From NCBI GenBank assembly GCA_965661285.1, contig CBFIDD010000002.1, positions 160,001 to 224,000 of the forward strand: a DNA stretch of 64,000 nt, in the 5' to 3' direction. Source of the DNA: Poseidonia sp. Its GTDB lineage: Archaea; Thermoplasmatota; Poseidoniia; Poseidoniales; Poseidoniaceae. Below, one piece after another: positions 30,453 through 39,160 of the stretch; position 1 is the first letter of the stretch; each line of letters opens with the position of its first letter. The position numbers and the translations under genes were made by a program. The notes under the pieces were generated by a model. It was not told the DNA's origin. It saw nothing but the letters and a program-made list of their open reading frames with translations, and did no database searches.

Positions 30453-31823
30453 ATGGCACTAGAGGGCTTGTCGCGAGGCATCTTCCGCTCGCTGGGCCTG
30501 TTGAAGAACAAGCGCAAGTTGGACGAGGAAGAACTGCGCGAAATGACACGGAGCCTCCGTCGAGCCCTCCAAGAAGCGGATTTCAACATCCGCCAGACCA
30601 AGGAGATCGTCGACCGTCTCGAGACACGCATGCGGGAGGAGGAACCACGACCCGGCTTGACGATGCAAACCCACGCCATGAACATCCTTTACACCGAACT
30701 GGTTCGAATCCTCGGCCCACCAACGACGTTCCAGCCCAGAGGCGCCACGCTTCTCCTCGTCGGCCTTTACGGTCAAGGAAAAACCACAACAACGGCCAAA
30801 CTGGCCGAATGGTACCGCAAGAAGCACGGTCTCCGTGTGGCCGTCATTGAAGCGGACGTTCACCGACCAGGTGCCTACGCCCAGCTTTCTCAACTTCTTG
30901 AGGACACCAGCGTTCAAGTCTACGGAGAGCCCGAGAACAAAGATGCTGTGTCCATTGTGAGGAACGGCTTACAAGCCTGTGCCTCTGCAGATTTGGTCAT
31001 TGTTGACACCGCCGGCCGCCACCAACTTGACGAGGAACTCGTGGAGGAACTCGAGCGCATCGCCGGACTCACTCGAGCAACCGACCGTTGGTTGGTCATT
31101 GACGCCCAAGTGGGTCAAGCCGCTGGTCCGGTGGCTGCTTCGTTCCACTCGTTGGCCGGTGTGACGGGCATCGTCATCACCAAACTCGACGGTACGGCTC
31201 GCGGTGGTGGCGCTCTCTCGGCTGTGGCCGCCACCGGCGCACCCATCGTTCACATCGGTGTAGGCGAACGTATTCAGGACTTGGAGAAGTTTGAGTCGGA
31301 CCGCTTCATTTCTCGCTTGCTCGGCATGGGCGACATCCAGGGCCTCATCGATTTGGCGCCCGAAGACATGGACCAGGAAGAGGCCATGCGCTTGACGCAG
31401 CGCCTCATGAGCGGTCGGTTCACCCTTAACGACATGTACAAGCAGATGGAGATGATGTCCAAGGTTGGCACGATTGACAAATTGATGTCCTTCCTCCCCG
31501 GTAGCATGCTGGGCGGCATGGGCGCCATGTCCAAGAGCCAAAAAGAAGCGATGCAGGCCAATCTTGACCGCTACCGCACCATCATGGATTCCATGACGGC
31601 GTGGGAAAAGAACGAACCCGCGAAGATCAAGGCCGACCGCATCCGTCGTATTGCCCGAGGCTCGGGTGTGCGAGAAAAGGACGTACGCGAACTCATCGGT
31701 CAGTGGAACCGTTCACGCAAGATGATGAAGGGCATGGGCGGCAACCGTAAATTGAACAAGCAAATGCGGAAGATGATGAAAGAGGGCGACATGGACATCG
31801 ACCCGTCCTCCTTCGGCATGTGA
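30453..31823 (+). CDS. srp54: Signal recognition particle protein SRP54
   Basis: GQGKTTT, DTAGRH, TKLDGTARGGGALS, Met-rich M domain, RRIARGSG. Confidence 0.97.
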   Translation: MALEGLSRGIFRSLGLLKNKRKLDEEELREMTRSLRRALQEADFNIRQTKEIVDRLETRMREEEPRPGLTMQTHAMNILYTELVRILGPPTTFQPRGATLLLVGLYGQGKTTTTAKLAEWYRKKHGLRVAVIEADVHRPGAYAQLSQLLEDTSVQVYGEPENKDAVSIVRNGLQACASADLVIVDTAGRHQLDEELVEELERIAGLTRATDRWLVIDAQVGQAAGPVAASFHSLAGVTGIVITKLDGTARGGGALSAVAATGAPIVHIGVGERIQDLEKFESDRFISRLLGMGDIQGLIDLAPEDMDQEEAMRLTQRLMSGRFTLNDMYKQMEMMSKVGTIDKLMSFLPGSMLGGMGAMSKSQKEAMQANLDRYRTIMDSMTAWEKNEPAKIKADRIRRIARGSGVREKDVRELIGQWNRSRKMMKGMGGNRKLNKQMRKMMKEGDMDIDPSSFGM

Positions 31824-31839
31824 TGTTGGACGTGCTGCC

Positions 31840-32118
31840 ATGAGACTTGAATGGCCCGTCTACGTCTTCACGGCTTGCGTTTTCCTGGCCTTCGCCCTTG
31901 GCGTCCAATTCCTGAACCTCGGCACCGGTGCTGTGGTGGGTTTGTTCGTCCTGCTGACCGTGGCCTATGGGTGGGTTGCCTGGGTGATGATCAAGCAGAA
32001 GGCCGTGCTCGAACTTCATGCCTACGTTCCCTGCAGCAACTGTGGCGAACTGACGCCCTCACAAGGGACGCACTGCATGAACTGCGGTGCGGTGTTGCCG
32101 GCGGGTAGCGCTCAGTAA
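31840..32118 (+). CDS. Small 2-TM protein with C-terminal zinc ribbon
   Basis: Two TMs, then CSNC..CMNC. Confidence 0.7.
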   Translation: MRLEWPVYVFTACVFLAFALGVQFLNLGTGAVVGLFVLLTVAYGWVAWVMIKQKAVLELHAYVPCSNCGELTPSQGTHCMNCGAVLPAGSAQ

Positions 32119-33635
32119 GACTTGGCCAGCAAAACACGCCGAGTCGTCATCTCACCCGTCATGTGGCAGGGTCGCCCAGCATCGTAGGGATCGGTTGCAT
32201 CACCAAGGAACGATAGCCCAGTCGTGCGTTCTATAATTTCTGCATGGGCGTCAGAGCCGTTGAAGGCGAGTTCGTAAATGTGGCCGTCCTTGACCTCCCC
32301 GTCCATGCTCCACTGGCCGTCTGCTTCGGTGAAGGCGGGCAGTGGTTGAACGACGTCGTCCATGTGTTGAGAGGCACGTGAACGGAGCTCGACGCTGATT
32401 TCGTCAAGCACACGATAGCATTCCTCAACGATGTTGTCCATCGGCAGCGGCTCCTTTCCGCCCGTTCGACGAGCAGCAAAAGCGGTGCCTTGAGCGATGT
32501 CTCGTGGACCGATATCAAGACGGAGCGGCACACCTTTGATTTCCCAATCATAGTACTTCTGACCGGGATGGAGGTCGCGGTCGTCCACCTTGACACGCAG
32601 ACCGCGTGAGCGGAGTTTGTCCGCGACTTCGTGGGCAACGGCGACGGTGTCCACCTCGAGGTTCTTACGAATCATCGGACAGATGACGACCTGGAAAGGT
32701 GCAATCTTGGGCGGCATGATGAGGCCGTTCTCATCACCGTGCATGCCGACGACAGCGCCAAGGAGACGTTCGGACATCCCGTAGGTGGTTTGGTGGCAAT
32801 AGGCTTGCTTGGCGTCAAGGTCTTCGTATTTCACGTCGAAAGCTTTGGCCCACTGGTCTCGGTAATGATGGCACGATGCCACCTGGAGGGTTCGCCCGTT
32901 GGGCATGACGGCATCGATGCCGATGGTGTACCATGCACCCGGGAACGTGTCCCAAACAGGACGCTTGGCCTTGATGATGGGCAAGCAAAGGTCATGCATG
33001 AGGCGGTCAACGATCTCCAAATCTTCGGCGATCTGTCGGCTTGCGTCCGCTTCGTCTACATGCGCCGTGTGCGCTTCAAAGAAGTGGATTTCCCGCACAC
33101 GAATGAAGGAGCGGGTTTGCTTGGTCTCGTAGCGAAAGGTGTTCACCATCTGGTAAATCTTCAGAGGGAGGTCCTTGTGCGAGCGAATCCACAACGGGAA
33201 CATGGTGTACATGGCCGTCTCTGAGGTCGGGCGCAGGAACATCGGTATGTCGAGGTCGTTTTCGCCAGCGTGCTTGACCCAGTAGACTTCTTTCTTGAAG
33301 CCGCCTTCTTCGTCTTCATCCCGAAGTTCGTCAGGGTCCACGCCTTCCTCCCGGGCTCGTTTGAGCCGAGCGACCAGTGCGTTCTCCTTTTCGAGAAGGT
33401 TTTCAGGAATAAGTAAGGGGAAGTTTACTTCCTCGTGGTTGGTTCGCTCCATTTCGGAGTGCGTCAGTGCGTCGATGAGTTTCATCGTCTTCCAGCCGTA
33501 GGGTCGCCACACGTCCATGCCTTTGATTGGATAGCGTTTGTCAACGAGTTCCGCAGCTTCAACGATGAACGGATACCACTCGTTGAAATTCTCGCTCTTC
33601 GAGGGAATGCCTCGCTTTGCTTTGCGGTTGCCCAT
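32112..33635 (-). CDS. proS: Proline--tRNA ligase (archaeal/eukaryal type)
   Basis: LRPTSET, FRYETKQTR..RVRE, YGMSERL, KGVPLR, C-terminal AKSY; start uncertain (33635 or 33689). Confidence 0.95.
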   Translation of the reverse strand: MGNRKAKRGIPSKSENFNEWYPFIVEAAELVDKRYPIKGMDVWRPYGWKTMKLIDALTHSEMERTNHEEVNFPLLIPENLLEKENALVARLKRAREEGVDPDELRDEDEEGGFKKEVYWVKHAGENDLDIPMFLRPTSETAMYTMFPLWIRSHKDLPLKIYQMVNTFRYETKQTRSFIRVREIHFFEAHTAHVDEADASRQIAEDLEIVDRLMHDLCLPIIKAKRPVWDTFPGAWYTIGIDAVMPNGRTLQVASCHHYRDQWAKAFDVKYEDLDAKQAYCHQTTYGMSERLLGAVVGMHGDENGLIMPPKIAPFQVVICPMIRKNLEVDTVAVAHEVADKLRSRGLRVKVDDRDLHPGQKYYDWEIKGVPLRLDIGPRDIAQGTAFAARRTGGKEPLPMDNIVEECYRVLDEISVELRSRASQHMDDVVQPLPAFTEADGQWSMDGEVKDGHIYELAFNGSDAHAEIIERTTGLSFLGDATDPYDAGRPCHMTGEMTTRRVLLAKSY

Positions 33636-33660
33636 GATGTTGGGGCGGACTTCAGTTTCA

Positions 33661-33939
33661 TCAAGATGACGCTTCATCTCGAGCGACATCAGCCGACTTG
33701 GTCAGTGAGAACAACGCCAGCACAGCAGCACCGCACCAGACCACCTCGAGTACCAAAAACGCCCACTCGTCGATCAAGAATGCACGTGCGCCCAAGAGTC
33801 CAGACCCAAGGGCCATCAAGATGAGGTACAACGGCTGTTTGCTGTGAAGGATGTTGCGTGTTTCCAATAGAAATGCCAGAAGAATGCATATCATACCGAT
33901 ATAGCCAATGGATTGAGAGAACCAGCCGTCCGGCGACAT
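33661..33939 (-). CDS. Small 3-TM membrane protein (CBU_0592/SemiSWEET-like)
   Basis: IGYIGMICILLAF..YLILMALGSGLL..FLVLEVVW. Confidence 0.6.
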   Translation of the reverse strand: MSPDGWFSQSIGYIGMICILLAFLLETRNILHSKQPLYLILMALGSGLLGARAFLIDEWAFLVLEVVWCGAAVLALFSLTKSADVARDEASS

Positions 33940-33945
33940 GCGCCT

Positions 33946-34551
33946 TCACGACCTGCGAATCAACACAACGAGACCGCCCAAAAGGACGACAAGGGCGACG
34001 ATATCCGGGATGCCGATGCCACCAGCGACGCCGCCTATACCGTTCATGCTCTCGGAAAGCAGGGAGTAAGACCAACCGTCGGATTCGCCGATCTTATGTG
34101 GACTCATGAGGTTGAGTCGCGTTTGTTCTTCACCACGACAGGTCCCTGCTTCGCACAGCGAATTGAAGGCTGATGAAAAGAGGCCAAAGAGGTTCAAGAC
34201 ACACACCACCAAACCTCCAGCGAACACAAAGCGGAGCGGACTTTTCTTCGCAATCGGCATTGGTGGCAAGGCGAGGTCAAGACTCGGTTCGGGAAGCGGG
34301 ACGGCCGGTGTGGCAGGCGCCACCGGTGCGATGACCTCAACGAGCATGTCGGTGGGCGGAGCGACCTCCGTGACGTCCGCAGGCAACGCCAGAACGGTGT
34401 TGGCGTCGCGGGGTTTGACCGGCTGGACGGAGGCAATTTTGATGCCGTAAATGCGGTCGGCAAGACTGACCAGCGTCGGGTCGTCCGCGATGTCTGCAGG
34501 GTCGATTTCACCGTCCAACAATTGTTGAAGACGGTCTTGGGTCGACGTCAT
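33946..34551 (-). CDS. Hypothetical membrane protein with Pro-rich linker, internal TM and C-terminal TM+RR
   Basis: GGAGG before ATG 34551; ends GIPDIVALVVLLGGLVVLIRRS. Confidence 0.7.
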   Translation of the reverse strand: MTSTQDRLQQLLDGEIDPADIADDPTLVSLADRIYGIKIASVQPVKPRDANTVLALPADVTEVAPPTDMLVEVIAPVAPATPAVPLPEPSLDLALPPMPIAKKSPLRFVFAGGLVVCVLNLFGLFSSAFNSLCEAGTCRGEEQTRLNLMSPHKIGESDGWSYSLLSESMNGIGGVAGGIGIPDIVALVVLLGGLVVLIRRS

Positions 34552-34631
34552 GGGTAAGCCTCCGTGGTGGTTGCGTGAGCGCTTCCCTTCAAGAAGCCTC
34601 CTTTTGGAAAAATCATACAATTCGGAGGCGT

Positions 34632-35270
34632 TTAGGCCTCTTCGTCGTTGAACTTACGAACGAGTTCAGGCCCGACCAAGGCCGCAGCGCAATGTGGACA
34701 ACGGTCGGCTTGTCCGAGCATCGTAGGCTGAATAGCCAACACGGCAAGGCATGAGGGACAAGCCGCCAACATCTCGCCGTCTTGGAGGTTGAAGGCATCC
34801 GTGGGGTTGCGTCGGAGGTAGCCCATGCGATAGCCGGGGTGCCAGTGGAACAAGCCTCGCCGACCAGAACCCAACGCAGCCCACCCCATCAAAAACGCAA
34901 ACAACAAGCCGGTGATGTACCCGCTCATCAACGCCTGCAGGAGGTTGAGGAAAGCCAAGAACGCAAACATCAGGCTGGCCAAAAAGAGAATCGAGACGGC
35001 CGGCCAGTACGCCCATTGTTTTCGATTGCGGTATCCGCCGTAGACCAGCAGCGCGAAAAAGACACCAGAGCCGAGGAACACCGTACCAGCAGTGCCAGCC
35101 AAGAGGCCCATGGTGGCGAGGGCTGTGGCGAGTAAATACACGACGATGCCGCCGTCGACAAGCACGATGAAACTGGTCCCGCGGTGAATATGAGCAATAG
35201 GGTCGCTTCCGGGGGCTGGGGTCGGTGCGGAGCCCGCAAGGACCATCTCATCCGCTCGGCTTGTGCTCAC
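34632..35270 (-). CDS. 4-TM membrane protein with C-terminal zinc finger
   Basis: Hydrophobic segments then CPSC..CPHC. Confidence 0.7.
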   Translation of the reverse strand: MSTSRADEMVLAGSAPTPAPGSDPIAHIHRGTSFIVLVDGGIVVYLLATALATMGLLAGTAGTVFLGSGVFFALLVYGGYRNRKQWAYWPAVSILFLASLMFAFLAFLNLLQALMSGYITGLLFAFLMGWAALGSGRRGLFHWHPGYRMGYLRRNPTDAFNLQDGEMLAACPSCLAVLAIQPTMLGQADRCPHCAAALVGPELVRKFNDEEA

Positions 35271-35362
35271 GCTTCACCCTCGGTTGAGGTGCATTTGAAT
35301 CATTTGTTTCACGCCCGAGTCCAAAGCGAAGAAGTCTTGACGGTCAGCAGGTTGGCCGAACC

Positions 35363-36565
35363 ATGGCGCTACGCGACACGGACGTGGAAGTGCAGGGCAA
35401 CGCGCTGCTCGGGCAACGCATTGTGCTGGGCATCACCGGCGGCATCGCAGCCGTTGAAAGCGTCCGACTCGCCCGTGCCTTGCGCCGTGAGGGGGCTGAC
35501 CTCACGGTGATCATGACCAATGCAGCACAGCGCATCATCACGCCGCTGGCCGTTCGTTGGGCTTCACAAGCCGAGGTCATCACCGACTGGGACGGCGACT
35601 TGAGTGCACTCAACCACGCTGATGCCGTTCTCGTCGCCCCCGCAACACGGGACGTGATGGCCAGTCATCTCCATGGCCTCCAACACGGACCGCTCATGAT
35701 GGCCCTGTCCGTTGCTCGTTCCCGAAGCACGCCGACGATGATGGTGCCCAGCATGCACCAAGACCTTGCGACCGACCCTGTGACCGATGACATCGTGGAA
35801 GAACTCCGCAGCGAGGGCATGCACGTCCTTTGGGGACCTGAGGAGGAAGGCAAGAGAAAAACACCCGATGTTCAACACATCGTGGCAGAACTGGCTCACA
35901 TCGCCAACAAAAACAAGCCGAATCGCAAAAACATCGTCATCACGCTTGGCGCCACACGCTCGGCCATCGATGATGTTCGCCACGTGCAAAACACCAGTTC
36001 AGGCAGCACCGGCTGGGCGCTGGCCCAACACCTGCACAAGCACGGTCACGACGTGGCGTGCGTGGCAGGAATCACGACGATTCCTGCACCGGCCTGGCTT
36101 CCTCTTGTCCTTCATTGTCCAACTCCAGAGGCCATGCTCGCAGAATGCACTGCGCTGAGCAACGACGCCATCGACGCGTGGGTTCACGCAGCAGCGGTGT
36201 TGGATTATGTGGTTGAACAAGCCGCAGAGGGAAAATTAGCGAGCCAGCAAGGTACGCTCACCCTTCCCTTGATTGAAAGCCCAAAACACATCATTGAACT
36301 CAAGGATGCTTGCGCTTCGGCCGTTCGAATCGGGTTCAAGCTCGAATCTGGCATCAAACAAGCCGACTTGATCCACCGAGCCTACGCCCAGATACAGAAA
36401 GCCGGAATGACCGCCGTGGTCGCGAACCGCCTTGAAGACCTTGGCAACACCAGCAAACCACGGGGCTATTTGGTGGACCAACAAGGCGCCCATTTCGTGC
36501 TCAACACCGTTGATGACCTCCACGAGGCCGTCCAGACCCTCATCGAACGAGGAAAGGAGGCGTAA
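35363..36565 (+). CDS. coaBC: Phosphopantothenoylcysteine decarboxylase/ligase
   Basis: LGITGGIAA, VAPAT, PSMH, IDDVR..NTSSG, AAAVLDY, IGFKLE. Confidence 0.9.
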   Translation: MALRDTDVEVQGNALLGQRIVLGITGGIAAVESVRLARALRREGADLTVIMTNAAQRIITPLAVRWASQAEVITDWDGDLSALNHADAVLVAPATRDVMASHLHGLQHGPLMMALSVARSRSTPTMMVPSMHQDLATDPVTDDIVEELRSEGMHVLWGPEEEGKRKTPDVQHIVAELAHIANKNKPNRKNIVITLGATRSAIDDVRHVQNTSSGSTGWALAQHLHKHGHDVACVAGITTIPAPAWLPLVLHCPTPEAMLAECTALSNDAIDAWVHAAAVLDYVVEQAAEGKLASQQGTLTLPLIESPKHIIELKDACASAVRIGFKLESGIKQADLIHRAYAQIQKAGMTAVVANRLEDLGNTSKPRGYLVDQQGAHFVLNTVDDLHEAVQTLIERGKEA

Positions 36566-36567
36566 GT

Positions 36568-37182
36568 GTGCGCCGTTTCGCCGTGGTCGGACACCGAGCC
36601 ATGTCGAAGGGAAAACTCCCGCTCAACGACCTCGCCGGTGGTGCCGGACGGATGGACGTGCTCATCCGAGCGCTCATGGCAGGATTGATGACGAGCCACG
36701 GCCTGCGAAGCAACACCGTTGTGGTGCTGCATCTTCTGGGAGGACCCGGACCACCACGAAGAGTAAAATTTGACGGCGCCAGCCTCAAGGGATTGCATGC
36801 AGATGAGCGTTCTATAGCAGGAACCATTAGCAAAGTCATCGCCACACCACTTCCTCCCGTGGGCCATTGGCAACCCATTACTGCCGGCATCAGTCATAGC
36901 GGTGGGGCGCTTGAGACCACGCTGCGAGAATGGGAGGGCGGCCACACCGTCCTGCTCGACGCCGATGCCCCTCGCCTGTGGAAAGCAGGCGCTGTCCTTG
37001 CAGACCAAGGCAAGCCAGACGAGCAGGCCATCACGTTTGTCTTGAGCGATGACCAACCGCTTGGCGAGGTGGTTGGAGACGATGTGCTCGCTCGCTCACT
37101 TGGCGACCAGTGGCTCCAAGGCCACATGGCCATCGGCGTGGTCCATTTTCTTATGGACGAAGGCATTGATCTCAATCTTTGA
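36568..37182 (+). CDS. trmY: tRNA (pseudouridine54-N1)-methyltransferase
   Basis: LNDLAGGAGRMDVL, SHGLR, DERS, FVLSD, SLG. Confidence 0.9.
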   Translation: MRRFAVVGHRAMSKGKLPLNDLAGGAGRMDVLIRALMAGLMTSHGLRSNTVVVLHLLGGPGPPRRVKFDGASLKGLHADERSIAGTISKVIATPLPPVGHWQPITAGISHSGGALETTLREWEGGHTVLLDADAPRLWKAGAVLADQGKPDEQAITFVLSDDQPLGEVVGDDVLARSLGDQWLQGHMAIGVVHFLMDEGIDLNL

Positions 37183-38158
37183 CCAACCAGCGAGGCCAGC
37201 CGTTCAGCGTCGATTCTAGTCCGTGAGCCAGCAGATCTTCGTCAAGCGCAAAGGGATGACTCTGGGGCCATACCGCAAGACACGAAAGGCTCGCTTTGTT
37301 TTCCTCGACGGCATCACAGTCACCTGCGACAATGCCTGAATGGTCCACGGAGGCCGCCCCAATCGTGAAGGTCGCCGTGGCGTTGGGGTCCTCACCGTCA
37401 AATCGCACCGCATTTCGGTACCAGCGTACGCCAAGTCGAGTGGTCGCCCACGTGCCGTCCCATGTTCGTGGGGCGTTGATGTTGAGCATGAGGTCGCCGT
37501 TCGAGAAGGCTGCGAGTAAGGACGCTTCGGGGTCCTCGAGCCAACGGTCGTCGGTTTCGGGTTTTGGCCAAGCACTGAAGTAACCCGTATCGAGTTCGCC
37601 ATGAGGCCGACCGAGGTTCTCAGCACGAAGCGGGAGAACCGCAACGGCCTTCTTCACAGCCTCAAGGGTGGCTTCAACCGCTTTTTCCATGCCCTCGGGG
37701 TCAAACGACGTGAACGAGGCAGCGATGGCGGGGACACCGTACAATCCTGCTTCGCGTGCAGCGCCCATGGTCCCGCTGTGGTAGGCGTCCTGAGAGAGGT
37801 TGGGTCCAAGGTTTACGCCGGAAACTACGAGTTGTGGGTGAACGCCTGGAACGAGGTGGTCCAAGCCTCCGTCCAAGGCAACGATCATCGTATCGCAAGG
37901 CGTGCCGTCGAGCTCGAAGAGATGGACAGGGGTTTGGTGCGGGTCAAGTGACCATGTGTCGACAAGGTCGTCTCGAGCGCGAAGCGGCATGGGTTTCATC
38001 AGATTGATGCGCATACCCGTCGCAGAGTGGTTCGAAGACGGTGCCAGAACCGCAAGAGGATATCCAGCAGCGTGGAGGGCTTTGACCAAGAGGGAGAAAC
38101 CAACGGCTTCAATGCCGTCGTCGTTCGTGAGTAAGAGCCAACCTCGTTGAGCCACCAT
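37172..38158 (-). CDS. surE: 5'/3'-nucleotidase SurE
   Basis: LLTNDDGI, DGTPCD, VVSGVNLGPN, SGTMGAAREA. Confidence 0.9.
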   Translation of the reverse strand: MVAQRGWLLLTNDDGIEAVGFSLLVKALHAAGYPLAVLAPSSNHSATGMRINLMKPMPLRARDDLVDTWSLDPHQTPVHLFELDGTPCDTMIVALDGGLDHLVPGVHPQLVVSGVNLGPNLSQDAYHSGTMGAAREAGLYGVPAIAASFTSFDPEGMEKAVEATLEAVKKAVAVLPLRAENLGRPHGELDTGYFSAWPKPETDDRWLEDPEASLLAAFSNGDLMLNINAPRTWDGTWATTRLGVRWYRNAVRFDGEDPNATATFTIGAASVDHSGIVAGDCDAVEENKASLSCLAVWPQSHPFALDEDLLAHGLESTLNGWPRWLVKD

Positions 38159-38167
38159 AGGATGACC

Positions 38168-39148
38168 TCAGGCCGTGTTGTTTTCATTGTTCGCTTTGGG
38201 TGATGAGGCGTGTTCAGAGGCAACGACAACCGTCACGAGGCCAACCATCAGCACCAATCCACCAAGCCATGTCCATCTCCCGGGGACACCTGCGTCGAAG
38301 AAGACCCACCCAATCACCGAACCCAAAACAGGCTCGAGCGTGACCGCCACCGAAACCACGAGTGGCGAAATGTAGCGCAAACATGTGTTGAGCCCGGTAT
38401 GACCCAGCAGGCCGGCGATCAGGGCCAACAACAGAAACCAAAGGAAAAACTCCCCTTGTGTCCAACCGAATGCACCGAACTGTGCGAAATCGGATTCAAA
38501 CCACCATGAGAAGGGCAGCAACAACAGGGCCCCGATGAGGGTGACTGGAAAGGCGTAGACAAAGATGGGCATCCATGTCCTCAGCATGCGACCCACCACG
38601 ATGTAGCCCACCACGAACACCGCCCCACCGAAAGCGAGCATATCGCCGAAAAGCGTAGCGGTTTGGTCGCCTTGGGAGGACCCCGTGTCCAGAAGCGTGA
38701 TGCCAGCACCCACGAAACAAACCACTGCGCCGATGGTCTCTCGTGGCAGTGGACGACGAACGGCGGCCACGACAGGAGCGAGAACCATCATGCCCACCAC
38801 AATCACCAGCGGATGGGCCGTTACGAAGAGCAGCGAGTGGGTAAGGGTGGTTTCATCCAGACTTGCTACCCAAGCGCCAAAATGGGCTGCCAACGCCACG
38901 CCGCTCGCTGCCAGCAGTTTCCATGTTCGCTTGGTTCTGAACTGTTTGACCACCTCGTCCTCAAGATTGCGGTATTGATAGAGAAACAGCGGAAACAACA
39001 CCAGCGACGTGAGTTGCAGGCGCCACGAGGCCCGAAGTAGTGGAGGGACAGCGTCGACGTGCTGAAACAACGCCCCTGCACTCGAGACACCGACGACGGC
39101 CGCCACGAGAAGACCCCAAACCCAGCGTGGGGTGCTGGAACCGGTCAT
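38168..39148 (-). CDS. DMT/EamA family transporter
   Basis: About 10 TM in two repeats; GDMLA, LEPV. Confidence 0.85.
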   Translation of the reverse strand: MTGSSTPRWVWGLLVAAVVGVSSAGALFQHVDAVPPLLRASWRLQLTSLVLFPLFLYQYRNLEDEVVKQFRTKRTWKLLAASGVALAAHFGAWVASLDETTLTHSLLFVTAHPLVIVVGMMVLAPVVAAVRRPLPRETIGAVVCFVGAGITLLDTGSSQGDQTATLFGDMLAFGGAVFVVGYIVVGRMLRTWMPIFVYAFPVTLIGALLLLPFSWWFESDFAQFGAFGWTQGEFFLWFLLLALIAGLLGHTGLNTCLRYISPLVVSVAVTLEPVLGSVIGWVFFDAGVPGRWTWLGGLVLMVGLVTVVVASEHASSPKANNENNTA

Positions 39149-39160
39149 GGGAACTCACAC

